Shown: positions 29,533-38,368, counted from the stretch's first letter. The stretch: DNA of 64,000 nt from an uncultured Gemmatimonadales bacterium (GCA_963779755.1 CAVZZO010000001.1:224001-288000); one strand, 5' to 3'. Numbers and translations: made by a program. The notes: generated from the sequence alone by a model not told the origin.

Positions 29533-31118
29533 TCCGCATACCACTCGCTGTCCCGGTCCTCCTGGCGCTCATGCTGGGCCCGCTCCGCAGCGCGGCGGCG
29601 CAGGACTCTACCCGCACAGACTCTACCCGCTCGGCGCGGATAACCTACCTTACCGCCGACGCCGTGTATCTCGATGCCGGTCGGGAGGAGGGCCTGGAAG
29701 AAGGCGCCAGAGTGGACCTGCTGCATGGCGGCCAGGTGACTGGGGAGCTGCGGGTACGCTATCTCTCGTCCCACCGCGCCTCCTGCGAAGTGGTCCGGGC
29801 CGACCCCACCCCGGCGGTGGGCGACTCGGTCCGCTTTATCCCTGCGGAGAAGCAGCCGGCCGCCGCCGCCGTGAAACCGGCGGGTGAGAACCGCGAGTCC
29901 TTTCGCCGGCGTCCGCGGAGCGTGCGCGGCCGGGTGGGACTGCGCTATCTCGTCATCCGCCAGAAGGACCTGGGCAGCGCGGGCGTGAGCCAGCCCGCGC
30001 TGGACGTGCGCATGGACGGCGCGGGGCTGGGGGGCTCGCCCGTCGGGGTGACCGTCGACGTGCGCGCCCGGCGGACCACGAGCACGCAAGTGGACGGCAG
30101 CCAGTCGAGCAACGATCGCTACCGGGTCTACCAGCTGGCTCTCAACTGGAATACCCCGGGTTCGCCCCTGCGGATGACGCTGGGCCGCCAGTTTTCGGCT
30201 CCGCTCGCTACGGTCAGCTTCTTCGACGGCCTGACGGCGGAGTACAACCGGCCCTCCTGGAGCTTCGGCCTCTTCGGCGGCACCCAGCCGGATGCGATCG
30301 ATTTCGGCTACTCCAACGATATCCGTGAGCTGGGCGGATACCTCCAGCTTCATAACCGCCCGGCCGGATCCCGGCTCTGGACGCTGACCCTCGGCGGGGT
30401 GGGGTCGTACGGGGCCGTGGCGACCAACCGCGAGTTCGCCTTCCTCTCCGCCAGCTACAGCGACCGGCATTTCTCGTTCTACGGGACGCAGGAGGTCGAC
30501 TACAACCGGCCCTGGAAAGTGGCGCAGGGCGATCCCACCGTCAGCCCGACCAGCACCTTCCTGACGGCGTCGTATCGCGTCGGGTCCGGTTTCTCTTTCC
30601 ATGGCGGCTTCGACAACCGGCGCAACGTGCGGCTCTATCGTGACCTGATCAATCCGGAAACCCGGTTCGACGATTCCTACCGGCAGGGGATCTATGGGGG
30701 CCTGTCCCTGGCCTTCGGCGGCCGCTACCGCCTGGGGCTCGATGCCCGCTCCAGCCGCGGCGGCACCGCCGGGCCGGCGAATGCCTATACCGTCTCACTC
30801 GGGGCTGATCGCCTGACCTCACTGAACCTGGGTCTGCACACCCGGACCACCCGCTATACCACACCTGCGCTGACCGGCTGGCTGCATTCGGCCGACGTGG
30901 CGCTCATCGGCGGCCCCGCCCGCCTCGAGCTCAACGGCGGGCTGCGGCTGGAACACAACCCGCTCGACGATCCGCCCGACAGCCGGCTCACCTGGCTGGG
31001 GGCAGACCTGGACCTGAGCCTGAGCCGGGCCTGGTATTTCCTGCTGTCGGTGCGGCGGGAACGCGGCGGGATCGACGCGAACGACCAGTTGTACGGGGGG
31101 ATCAGCTGGCGCTTCTGA
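29529..31118 (+). CDS. Outer-membrane beta-barrel protein (putative cytochrome-associated porin) with small N-terminal domain
   Basis: Signal peptide; many amphipathic beta-strands; C-terminal LYGGISWRF beta-signal; coupled to the cytochrome gene. Confidence 0.78.
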   Translation: MIRIPLAVPVLLALMLGPLRSAAAQDSTRTDSTRSARITYLTADAVYLDAGREEGLEEGARVDLLHGGQVTGELRVRYLSSHRASCEVVRADPTPAVGDSVRFIPAEKQPAAAAVKPAGENRESFRRRPRSVRGRVGLRYLVIRQKDLGSAGVSQPALDVRMDGAGLGGSPVGVTVDVRARRTTSTQVDGSQSSNDRYRVYQLALNWNTPGSPLRMTLGRQFSAPLATVSFFDGLTAEYNRPSWSFGLFGGTQPDAIDFGYSNDIRELGGYLQLHNRPAGSRLWTLTLGGVGSYGAVATNREFAFLSASYSDRHFSFYGTQEVDYNRPWKVAQGDPTVSPTSTFLTASYRVGSGFSFHGGFDNRRNVRLYRDLINPETRFDDSYRQGIYGGLSLAFGGRYRLGLDARSSRGGTAGPANAYTVSLGADRLTSLNLGLHTRTTRYTTPALTGWLHSADVALIGGPARLELNGGLRLEHNPLDDPPDSRLTWLGADLDLSLSRAWYFLLSVRRERGGIDANDQLYGGISWRF

Positions 31119-31202
31119 TCCACAGATGGCGCAGATGACACCGATGGCACCGATGGCACCGATGGCACCGATGTCTGTGCCATCGGTGTCATCTGTAGAT
31201 CA
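31116..31202. repeat. Nonamer (CACCGATGG) tandem/inverted repeat element between convergent operons; probable bidirectional terminator
   Basis: Six direct units at 31121-31173 and inverted units at 31174-31202; ends TGATCCACAGATG / CATCTGTAGATCA. Confidence 0.88.
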
Positions 31203-31985
31203 CAGATCTTTCCTCTCGAATCTGCGGAGCCCGAGCCACAGCGGCACCGCCGTCCAGACCAGCAGGGCCGCCACGGAAAGCAGAGTGCCCAGCGCGCTCC
31301 CGAAGAAGCGCTCGAAAACGGCGCCGGTGTAACCCATCATCGCCGCGATATCGAACCGCAGCAACAGCAGGATGCGGCCCAGATCCACCGGGTTGAGCAG
31401 CGTGAGTACCAGCAACGGCCGCTCCAGGGGATAATCCCCGAACGAGGTGACCGCCACCAGCAGGATACCGTCGTACAGCACCGTCATCGCCAGCCACAGC
31501 AGGATGGCGGCGCCCAGCCCGCGCGCCCGGTCCTCGAACAGCAGCGCCGCCAGGAAGGCCACTCCGGTAAAGACGGCAGTCAGCAGTACGCCGGTGCCGA
31601 TCAGCGTCGCCAGGGTGAGCGCCACATCCGGTCCGCCATGCCAGAAAAAGGGAAGCGCCACCCCCAGCGCGAAGGCCGAGGCCAGGGGCAGGACCAGCCC
31701 GCCATAGAGCCCGGCGTAGAGCGCCCGCCGGCCTACCGGTTGGGCCAGCAGCAGCTCGATGAACTCCCGCGCGTTGTAGAGATACATCGTGCCGAACACC
31801 ACGCTCACCAGCGGGACGAACACCAGCACGACATTGGACAGGCTGAGCACCGCCCGCGGGCCCCCACCTCCGAAGCGGAGCAGGGCGTCGGTGAGGAGGA
31901 GGAGCAGCAGGCCGTAGCCCAGGATCCAGCGGCTGCGCCGCACATTCTGCAGCTCATAGTGCAGCACCTTCATGGTGGCGTTCAT
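31200..31985 (-). CDS. nosY: Nos maturation ABC transporter permease
   Basis: Multi-TM; EFIELLLAQP, LNPVDLGRI, AAMMGYTGA; last gene of the nos operon. Confidence 0.88.
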   Translation of the reverse strand: MNATMKVLHYELQNVRRSRWILGYGLLLLLLTDALLRFGGGGPRAVLSLSNVVLVFVPLVSVVFGTMYLYNAREFIELLLAQPVGRRALYAGLYGGLVLPLASAFALGVALPFFWHGGPDVALTLATLIGTGVLLTAVFTGVAFLAALLFEDRARGLGAAILLWLAMTVLYDGILLVAVTSFGDYPLERPLLVLTLLNPVDLGRILLLLRFDIAAMMGYTGAVFERFFGSALGTLLSVAALLVWTAVPLWLGLRRFERKDL

Positions 31986-32761
31986 GCGGCGCCTCCCCGC
32001 ATCAGCCGGGCGATGGCCCGCTCCAGCCGGTGCTCCCCGGTGGCCTCCCGCAGCCGCCGTAACGAGCCGTGAAACCGGATCCGCCCCTCCAGGAGAAACA
32101 CGACGTCTTCCACCAGGTCCTCCAGCTCGCTCAGGACATGCGAGCTAATGAGGACGGTCACGCCCCGCTTCCGGGCGGCCAGGATGTGCTCCTTCAGGAT
32201 GCCGCTGGCGATGGGGTCCAGGCCCGCGGTAGGCTCATCCAGCACCAGCAGGGCGGGGCGGAAAAGGAAGGCAATGGCGGCGTTGAGCTTCTGCCGGGTC
32301 CCGCCGCTCAGCGCTCGCACCGGCTTGTCCAGGTCGCCCTCGAGATCAAACTCCCGCAGGAGCCGCCGGTCGGGCGTGTCCCGGCGCCCCCGCAGGTCCT
32401 GCAGCAGATCCAGCACCTCCCGCCCGGCCAGGTTCTCGGGAAACCGTGCCTGCTGCGGCATGTACCCGATGCGCTCCCGATAGCCGCAGCCTGCGTCCAC
32501 CGACTCGCCCCCCACCACAATGCGGCCCCGGTCGGGGCGGGTCAGGCCAAGCACGCACCTGATCAGTGTGGACTTGCCGGCGCCGTTGGGGCCGAGCACC
32601 GCGGTGATTCGCCCGGCCGCCAGGGTCAGATCCACACCCTCCAGGGCGGGCCGCCGGCCGAATCGCTTTCGCAGCCCGCTGATTTCCACGGCGGCGGGCG
32701 CGCCGGGGTGGGGGGTCACCAGGTGCAGGCCCGCATCCGCCAAGGCCAGGGGCGCATTCAT
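31982..32761 (-). CDS. nosF: Nos maturation ABC transporter ATPase
   Basis: GPNGAGKS, GYMPQ..RFPENL, LSGGTRQK, LDEPTAGLDP, SSH. Confidence 0.9.
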   Translation of the reverse strand: MNAPLALADAGLHLVTPHPGAPAAVEISGLRKRFGRRPALEGVDLTLAAGRITAVLGPNGAGKSTLIRCVLGLTRPDRGRIVVGGESVDAGCGYRERIGYMPQQARFPENLAGREVLDLLQDLRGRRDTPDRRLLREFDLEGDLDKPVRALSGGTRQKLNAAIAFLFRPALLVLDEPTAGLDPIASGILKEHILAARKRGVTVLISSHVLSELEDLVEDVVFLLEGRIRFHGSLRRLREATGEHRLERAIARLMRGGAA

Positions 32762-33999
32762 GAGGGCCACCGCATGAGCGGCCGGTCGTCGACCAGGGTT
32801 TCGGGCGTGAGCACGGGCAGTACCCGTTCGGCGGTATCCAGCAGGTCAATCAGAAAGCTGCGCATGAGGATGAGTGCGGGCTCGTGTTCGGCCACGACCA
32901 GCGAGAAGAGCCGGACCGGCCGGTAGGGGACGTCGCCCCGGCCGTCCCGGTCCAGGTCGTACCCGGTGTAGTGGTCCCAGTAGTTGCCGGTGAAGCTGCT
33001 GTGGCTGCTCCGGCTGTTGGTGGCGACGTCGAAACTGTTTCCCAGAAAGGCGTTGCGCCGGAAGGTGTCGTCCAGCGAGCTGGCCGTGATACGTACCGCC
33101 CAGCCGTTCTCCTCGAACCGGTTCCCGCTTACCGTCACCCGGCTCGAGGTCTCCAGCACCAGCCCCACGCTGTTGCCGCGAAAGCGGTTGTCCTCCACCC
33201 GGCTGCCGGTGATCTCCTTGAGCAGCAGTCCGTAGGCCGAGCCGCCCCGGCTCTGCGCGAAGAGATTGCCGGTCATGGTCATGTGGTGGGTGTACATGAC
33301 CGCGACGCCCGCTCCGTTGCCGGTGAAGACGTTGCGATCGTAGCGGCAGCTGTCCGAAAACATGAAGTGCAGCCCGTAGCGCAGGTTGGCCGAGCTGGTG
33401 TTCCCCCGGATCAGCGCGTGGTGCACAAATTCGAAATAGAGGCCGTCGCGGTGGCCGGTGAGCACATTATTCTCGATGACGAAACCGCTGGACGACCAGA
33501 GATGAATCGCATTGCCGGAGCCGGCCTCGCTGCGCGCGCGGCCTTCCACCCGGTTGCCGCGCAGCACGCAGTCGCGCGATTTCGCGGCATAGATGCCGAA
33601 GAAGGTATTGACCAGCCGGTTGTTCTCCAGCCGGCAGCCGCGGACGCCCTCCAGCCGGATCCCGGCCCGGTCCTCCATGTAACTGGTGCCGACGTTTCGC
33701 ACCAGCAGCCCCTGCAGCACCACGCTGTCCGCCCGGACCAGCAGCACGCCGTGCGTCCCGCCGCCGTCCAGCACGGGATAGTCCCGCCCGATGATAGTGA
33801 CGCGCCGATCTACCAGGATGGTCGGTTCCCGGTACACGCCGGGCTCCACCAGGATGGTATCGCCGGGGTGCGCGCGGCTGATCGCCAACCCGAGCGACGG
33901 CAGCGGGCCGCCGGGCGAGACCACCAGCTGCTGCGCCTCCGCCGCGCCCGCCCCCAGCCAGGTCAGGCCCGCGAGCAGGACCGCCAGCCGGCGGATCAT
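32758..33999 (-). CDS. nosD: Nitrous oxide reductase maturation protein (beta-helix)
   Basis: GNAIHLW, HRDGLYFEF, RYGLHFMFS, GNYWDHY.GYDLDRDGRGDVPY. Confidence 0.94.
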   Translation of the reverse strand: MIRRLAVLLAGLTWLGAGAAEAQQLVVSPGGPLPSLGLAISRAHPGDTILVEPGVYREPTILVDRRVTIIGRDYPVLDGGGTHGVLLVRADSVVLQGLLVRNVGTSYMEDRAGIRLEGVRGCRLENNRLVNTFFGIYAAKSRDCVLRGNRVEGRARSEAGSGNAIHLWSSSGFVIENNVLTGHRDGLYFEFVHHALIRGNTSSANLRYGLHFMFSDSCRYDRNVFTGNGAGVAVMYTHHMTMTGNLFAQSRGGSAYGLLLKEITGSRVEDNRFRGNSVGLVLETSSRVTVSGNRFEENGWAVRITASSLDDTFRRNAFLGNSFDVATNSRSSHSSFTGNYWDHYTGYDLDRDGRGDVPYRPVRLFSLVVAEHEPALILMRSFLIDLLDTAERVLPVLTPETLVDDRPLMRWPS

Positions 34000-34472
34000 G
34001 GAGTTCCCCCGGCGGCCTGCATGTGCGGATCGGGGAGCCGCAGGACCGCCTGCCAGCTCAGCACCTCTCCGCCGACCAGGTGCTGCAGGCTGTCCGCCTC
34101 GGCGCCCGGGCGCACGGCGGCGAGCCCGCTCCCCATGGGCGTATGCAGCCGGTCGCTGCGGAGATAGACGGCGCTGTCCGCCGGGAGGCGCCGCTCCGGC
34201 TGGAAGAAATCGTTGACCCAGAGGCCGGCGACGGCCGCCGTGTCGACCCGCCCCCCGCGATAGAATCGCGCCAGGCAACCGGCCTCATCGAAGGCGTAGA
34301 CTTTCCCCCTACGGGTCACCAGCTGCGCCGCATACCGCGGCTCGGCAATGGTCATGTGGCAGTGATCGCAGGCCTGCCGGCCGTATGCAATGGGCGCCGG
34401 TGGAGCGGCGGAGCCGCCGCATCCCTGGAGCACGGCCAGCAGCAGCAACAGGAACACCGGACGCGACCTCAC
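33996..34472 (-). CDS. nosL: Copper chaperone lipoprotein
   Basis: Lipobox LQGC; CDHCHMTI, FDEAGC, TPMGSG. Confidence 0.9.
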   Translation of the reverse strand: MRSRPVFLLLLLAVLQGCGGSAAPPAPIAYGRQACDHCHMTIAEPRYAAQLVTRRGKVYAFDEAGCLARFYRGGRVDTAAVAGLWVNDFFQPERRLPADSAVYLRSDRLHTPMGSGLAAVRPGAEADSLQHLVGGEVLSWQAVLRLPDPHMQAAGGTP

Positions 34473-35107
34473 ACCGCCACCGTTTCGGAACGAGCCGGGC
34501 GGACGGAGGAGGCCCGCGCCGGGCCGTTCCCCGCCTTGCGCCGGCGCCCCTCCAGCAGAAAGATCCCCAGGGCAACCGCCACCACGCCAAAGGCGACCCA
34601 GGCGCCCGCCGCCGGCCAGGAGAAGGCGTGGAAGTTCAGCATCTGGCGGCCGCCGAGCAGCGGCGGCTGATACGACATTCCGGGGATCTTGATGGCGGCG
34701 TGCGGGTTGAGATTATGGCCGTAGTCGTATTCCCACTTGTAGAAGTCGGCCAGCCCGCCGGCGGCCAGGGCCAGGAACACGGCCAGCCACACCCCCAGCA
34801 TCCAGCGCCGCCCGCCCGCCGCCGCGGCCAGCCCCAGCAGAATGAGCCCGCGCACGATCCAGGGCATGATACGGAGCTCGGGAATGGCGTCGGGGTCGAT
34901 CGCCTTCATGCCGATGTAGTGGTTGAGGCCGTTGATGCTCTGCAGATCCTGGGGCTTCTCGCCGCGGATGTGATCCATCTCGATGTAGAGCCCCAGGCCT
35001 TCGGGATATTGCGGCGCCTTGAGCGCGATATGCCACAGCGGCAGGGCGTAGAGCAGGCCCAGCGCAAGCACGGCGACGGCAAGCAGGATTCGAGAGGACC
35101 GTTGCAT
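34469..35107 (-). CDS. nosB: Clade II nos membrane protein
   Basis: PLWHI.L.APQYPEGL, INGLNHYIGM, YDYGHNL, YQPPLLG; 4 TM; directly after nosZ. Confidence 0.88.
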   Translation of the reverse strand: MQRSSRILLAVAVLALGLLYALPLWHIALKAPQYPEGLGLYIEMDHIRGEKPQDLQSINGLNHYIGMKAIDPDAIPELRIMPWIVRGLILLGLAAAAGGRRWMLGVWLAVFLALAAGGLADFYKWEYDYGHNLNPHAAIKIPGMSYQPPLLGGRQMLNFHAFSWPAAGAWVAFGVVAVALGIFLLEGRRRKAGNGPARASSVRPARSETVAV

Positions 35108-35127
35108 CACATCTTCTCCCATCCAAG

Positions 35128-35200
35128 ACCTGGGACTGAAGACCGGGGACTGAGCCGAGACCGTGGAAGCCTCGCTCAGTCCTCAGCCTCCAGCCCTGGT
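35128..35200. repeat. Degenerate heptamer inverted-repeat hairpin between nosZ and nosB
   Basis: GGGACTGA..GGGGACTGAGC versus GCTCAGTCCTCAGCCTCCAGCCC. Confidence 0.7.
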
Positions 35201-37167
35201 TACTGCGGAGTGTTGTAGGTGACCGCCACCTGCGAACCCCGCGGCGACACCCGGATGTAGCCCTGCATCTCCTGGTGAAGAGCGGAGCAGAAATCGGTGC
35301 AGTAGAACGGAAAGACTCCGATCTTCTGCGGCACCCAGACCAGGGTCCGGGTCTGCCCCGGCATGATGAGCAGCTCGGCGTTCTGATTCCCCAGCACCGC
35401 GAACCCGTGCGGGACATCCCAGTCCTGCTCCAGGTTGGTAACGTGGAAGTAGACGGAATCGCCCAGCTGCACGCCTTCGATATTATCGGGCATGAAGTGA
35501 CTGCGGATCGCCGTCATATACACGTGCACCTTGCTGCCCTCCCGCACCACCTTCGCGTCCTTTTCGCTCCGGGTGACGAAGGGGTCCTTGCTGTCGGCCA
35601 GGGAGTAGGTCTTGACCTGCTTGTCCTTGATGATGGAGGCCGGCAGCGCCTGCGCGTAATGCGGCTCTCCGATGGTGGGGAAGTCGAGCAGCATCTTCAT
35701 CTTGTCGCCGCTGATGTCGATCAGCTGGGCCGATTGGGTCAGCTCGGGCCCGGTGGGCAGGTAGCGGTCCTTGGTGATCTTGTTGAGCGCCACCAGGTAC
35801 TTGCCCCAGGGCTGATGGCTGTCGCCGCCCGGAATCATCAGATGGCCGATAGAGTAGTACACCGGAATCCGGTCTACCACCTTGAAGTCCTTCAGGCTCC
35901 ACTTCACCACCTCGGAGCTGATGAACATCGAGGTATAGGCGTAGCCCTTGCCGTCGAACTCGGTGTGCAACGGCCCCAGCCCGGGGTTCTGCACCTCGCC
36001 GGCCAGAACGGATTCATACTTCAGCACCGGGATGCCGTCGACCTCGCCCTCGAATTCCCGGTTCTCGATCGCCTTCAGCATCTTCGTGAAGGAATGCACC
36101 GGGATCACCGTGGAGAGCTTGCCCCCCGCCGCAATGAACTCGCCGGTGGGATCCACGTTGACGCCGTGCGGCGACTTGGGGGTGGGAAGGAAGTAAATCA
36201 TCCCCGGGCAGTCCTGGACGTTGAGCACCTTCACGCTGGTGAGCATCTCGCTCCTGGCGCGCTGGTCCTCTCCGATCCAGTTATGCGCGTACCGGGCAGG
36301 CTCCGTCCGCGCCTTGCCCGCGCCGACACACTGTTCAGCCTGTTTCCAGTTCACGGCGGCGACATAATCTTTGTCCTTCTGCGAGGCATTCACCTCCAGC
36401 AGGGTGTGTGCCTGCTCCGAGTTGTAGGAGGTGAAGAAGGCCCACCCGCTGGACGGGCCCTTGCCGGCGCGGGCCAGGTCGTAATCGAAGCCCGGAACCC
36501 TGATCTGAAAGGCGATCGCCATGCGGCCGGTGGAGGAATCCACCTTCGTGAAGGTGATCAGGCCGGCGAATGCTTTGGCATAATCGGCAATGGACACGTC
36601 GCGCTGAGGCGTCGGGACGCTGAATCGGGTCGCGGCCACGGCGTATTCGGTATTCGACGTCACGAAGGGGGACGCATGGTTGCCCGCCGAGTTCGGGATC
36701 TCCAGGATTTCGTCGGTCTCGAACCGGGTCAGGTCCAGCCGGGCGATCCGGGGCGTGTTGTTGCCATTGATAAACAGCCAGCGGCCGTCGGGAACACCGC
36801 CGGTCTGAGACAGTTCGGGGTGGTGGGCATCATCCCACGGCACAAACCCGTAACTGGTCATCAGCATGTTCTTGGTGTCTTCGCTGTATCCGTAGCCGTT
36901 TTCCGCATTCTGCGCGAAGACCGGCACCAGCCGCAGCAGGCGCCCGGAAGGAAGGCCATACACGCCGACCTGGCCGTTGAACCCGCCCGACATGAACGCG
37001 TAGAACTCATCGTACTTGCCTGGGGGGACGTACACCCGCTGGGCCGCATCGCCGGCGCTGGCGACGGCCGGCGTATCGCTCGTGCCGCAACCGCTCAGCG
37101 ACAGCGCGCCGGCGGTGAGGGCCAGCATCCCGAATCCCGAAAGGGGAAACCGCATCCTGCCGAACAT
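35200..37167 (-). CDS. nosZ: Sec-dependent clade II nitrous oxide reductase
   Basis: GGAGG RBS; lipoprotein-type signal LSGC with no Tat motif; FMSGG, WDDAHH, GNH, PKSPHG, LGPLH, GEPH; CuA motif CTDFCSALHQEM. Confidence 0.97.
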   Translation of the reverse strand: MFGRMRFPLSGFGMLALTAGALSLSGCGTSDTPAVASAGDAAQRVYVPPGKYDEFYAFMSGGFNGQVGVYGLPSGRLLRLVPVFAQNAENGYGYSEDTKNMLMTSYGFVPWDDAHHPELSQTGGVPDGRWLFINGNNTPRIARLDLTRFETDEILEIPNSAGNHASPFVTSNTEYAVAATRFSVPTPQRDVSIADYAKAFAGLITFTKVDSSTGRMAIAFQIRVPGFDYDLARAGKGPSSGWAFFTSYNSEQAHTLLEVNASQKDKDYVAAVNWKQAEQCVGAGKARTEPARYAHNWIGEDQRARSEMLTSVKVLNVQDCPGMIYFLPTPKSPHGVNVDPTGEFIAAGGKLSTVIPVHSFTKMLKAIENREFEGEVDGIPVLKYESVLAGEVQNPGLGPLHTEFDGKGYAYTSMFISSEVVKWSLKDFKVVDRIPVYYSIGHLMIPGGDSHQPWGKYLVALNKITKDRYLPTGPELTQSAQLIDISGDKMKMLLDFPTIGEPHYAQALPASIIKDKQVKTYSLADSKDPFVTRSEKDAKVVREGSKVHVYMTAIRSHFMPDNIEGVQLGDSVYFHVTNLEQDWDVPHGFAVLGNQNAELLIMPGQTRTLVWVPQKIGVFPFYCTDFCSALHQEMQGYIRVSPRGSQVAVTYNTPQ

Positions 37168-37217
37168 GTGGTAACCTCCAAGAAGGCCAGGGGCCGGTTG
37201 GACGTGAGGTGTCGCGC

Positions 37218-37706
37218 TTACTTGCCGGCGGCCGTGGTATCCACGGACCGGAAATACTCCAGCAGATCCCGCGCTTCCTCGCGCGTGAGGTTCAGATTGG
37301 GCATCTGAGTCATGTACTCGCCCAGCAGCTGCCGGGCGGCGGGATGTTTGTTGTACATCCCGTCGGGGTTGAGGATCATGTTCATGACATAGGCGGGAGT
37401 GCGCCGCTCGGTGACCTGCCCCAGGGGCGGCCCCACATAGCGTTGATCCAGTTTGTGGCAGGCGCTGCACTTGCTCTCGAAGAGTTTCTCCCCCCGTTCC
37501 GCCATCTCATGGTCCACCGGCCCCACCTCGACCGCCTGGGTGACCGGCCCAATGCCGTTTTCCAGCTGGAAGGGCGTGAGGCCTGTATCAGCCGCCGCGG
37601 CAGGGGCCTCGGAGTCGCCGGACTGCGAGTCGCCCTTCCCACCACAGCCGGCAGCGAATACCAGGGCAGCCACCAGAGCGAATCTGTTAAATGATTGTGA
37701 AACCAT
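37218..37706 (-). CDS. Monoheme cytochrome c lipoprotein (NosC-like)
   Basis: Lipobox AAGC; CSACH, VGPPL, distal QMP; immediately upstream of nosZ. Confidence 0.9.
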   Translation of the reverse strand: MVSQSFNRFALVAALVFAAGCGGKGDSQSGDSEAPAAAADTGLTPFQLENGIGPVTQAVEVGPVDHEMAERGEKLFESKCSACHKLDQRYVGPPLGQVTERRTPAYVMNMILNPDGMYNKHPAARQLLGEYMTQMPNLNLTREEARDLLEYFRSVDTTAAGK

Positions 37707-37793
37707 AACTTCCTCGGTATGCAGGGAGAGCCATGGGCCCGTGTTCAGGCCGGATCTGGACGTCGGGCTGCCTGAGCCCTACATTGTGGGGGA

Positions 37794-37821
37794 GATATTA
37801 TCATATTCACATGATAATATC
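37794..37821. promoter_or_regulatory. Perfect 11-6-11 inverted repeat, candidate Rrf2 operator
   Basis: GATATTATCAT-ATTCAC-ATGATAATATC between the divergent nos operon and rrf2. Confidence 0.7.
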
Positions 37822-37876
37822 AAGAACTACCTTTGAAGGGTCCTTCATGGTACTGCCCCAGAAGCCGGAGAATCCC

Positions 37877-38275
37877 GTGCTGTCGCAGACCGCCGAGTAT
37901 GCCCTGCGGACCGTGCTCCACCTCGCCAGCCGCCCCCCCGGGAGCGGGCCCGCCCGGGTAGGCGAGCTGGCCCGCATCCTGGGCATTCCTCAGAACTATC
38001 TCTCCAAAACGCTGCACCTGCTGGCACGGGATGGCATCCTGTCCTCGACTCGCGGCAAGCATGGCGGCTTTCAGCTCGCCCGCCCTGCCGACCGGATCAC
38101 CCTGCTCGATATCGTCGGCCCCTTCGACCGGATGGAGCAGCGCCGGCAGTGCCTGCTCGGCCGTCCCACCTGCAGTGATCTCACCCCCTGCGCGGCGCAC
38201 GGGCGGTGGCGCGAAACGGCCGAGAAGGTGGCCAGTTTCTTCCGCGAAACAACGGTGGCCGATCTGCAGGACTGA
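37877..38275 (+). CDS. Rrf2 family transcriptional regulator with putative FeS ligands
   Basis: LSQTAEYALR, YLSKTL, STRGKHGGF.L, ITLLDIV; CLLGRPTCSDLTPCAAH; GTG start after GGAG (ATG 37847 is an alternative). Confidence 0.9.
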   Translation: MLSQTAEYALRTVLHLASRPPGSGPARVGELARILGIPQNYLSKTLHLLARDGILSSTRGKHGGFQLARPADRITLLDIVGPFDRMEQRRQCLLGRPTCSDLTPCAAHGRWRETAEKVASFFRETTVADLQD

Positions 38276-38368
38276 GCCGGCGGATACCGCCGGGAAGCGG
38301 AATGCCACAGATTAGGGGGCGTTTACCCGTAGAATCGCACTCTTCGCCTCCTCCTGTGGATTTCGATC

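Noticed and set aside
26033..31118. Naming the conduit mtrA/mtrB or omcS
   Set aside because: Heme counts (23 and 19), the triheme repeat pattern and the 529-aa barrel do not match decaheme MtrA/MtrB or hexaheme OmcS.
31126..31332. Small ORF MAQMTPMAPMAPM... and similar repeat-encoded peptides (62579-62788, 58271-59140)
   Set aside because: Translation artefacts of nonamer repeats; they overlap real genes and have no RBS support.
35200..37470. NosZ as clade I/Tat-exported or as a cytochrome c fusion
   Set aside because: No twin-arginine motif at the RBS-supported start 37167 and no CxxCH after CuA; the cytochrome is a separate upstream gene.
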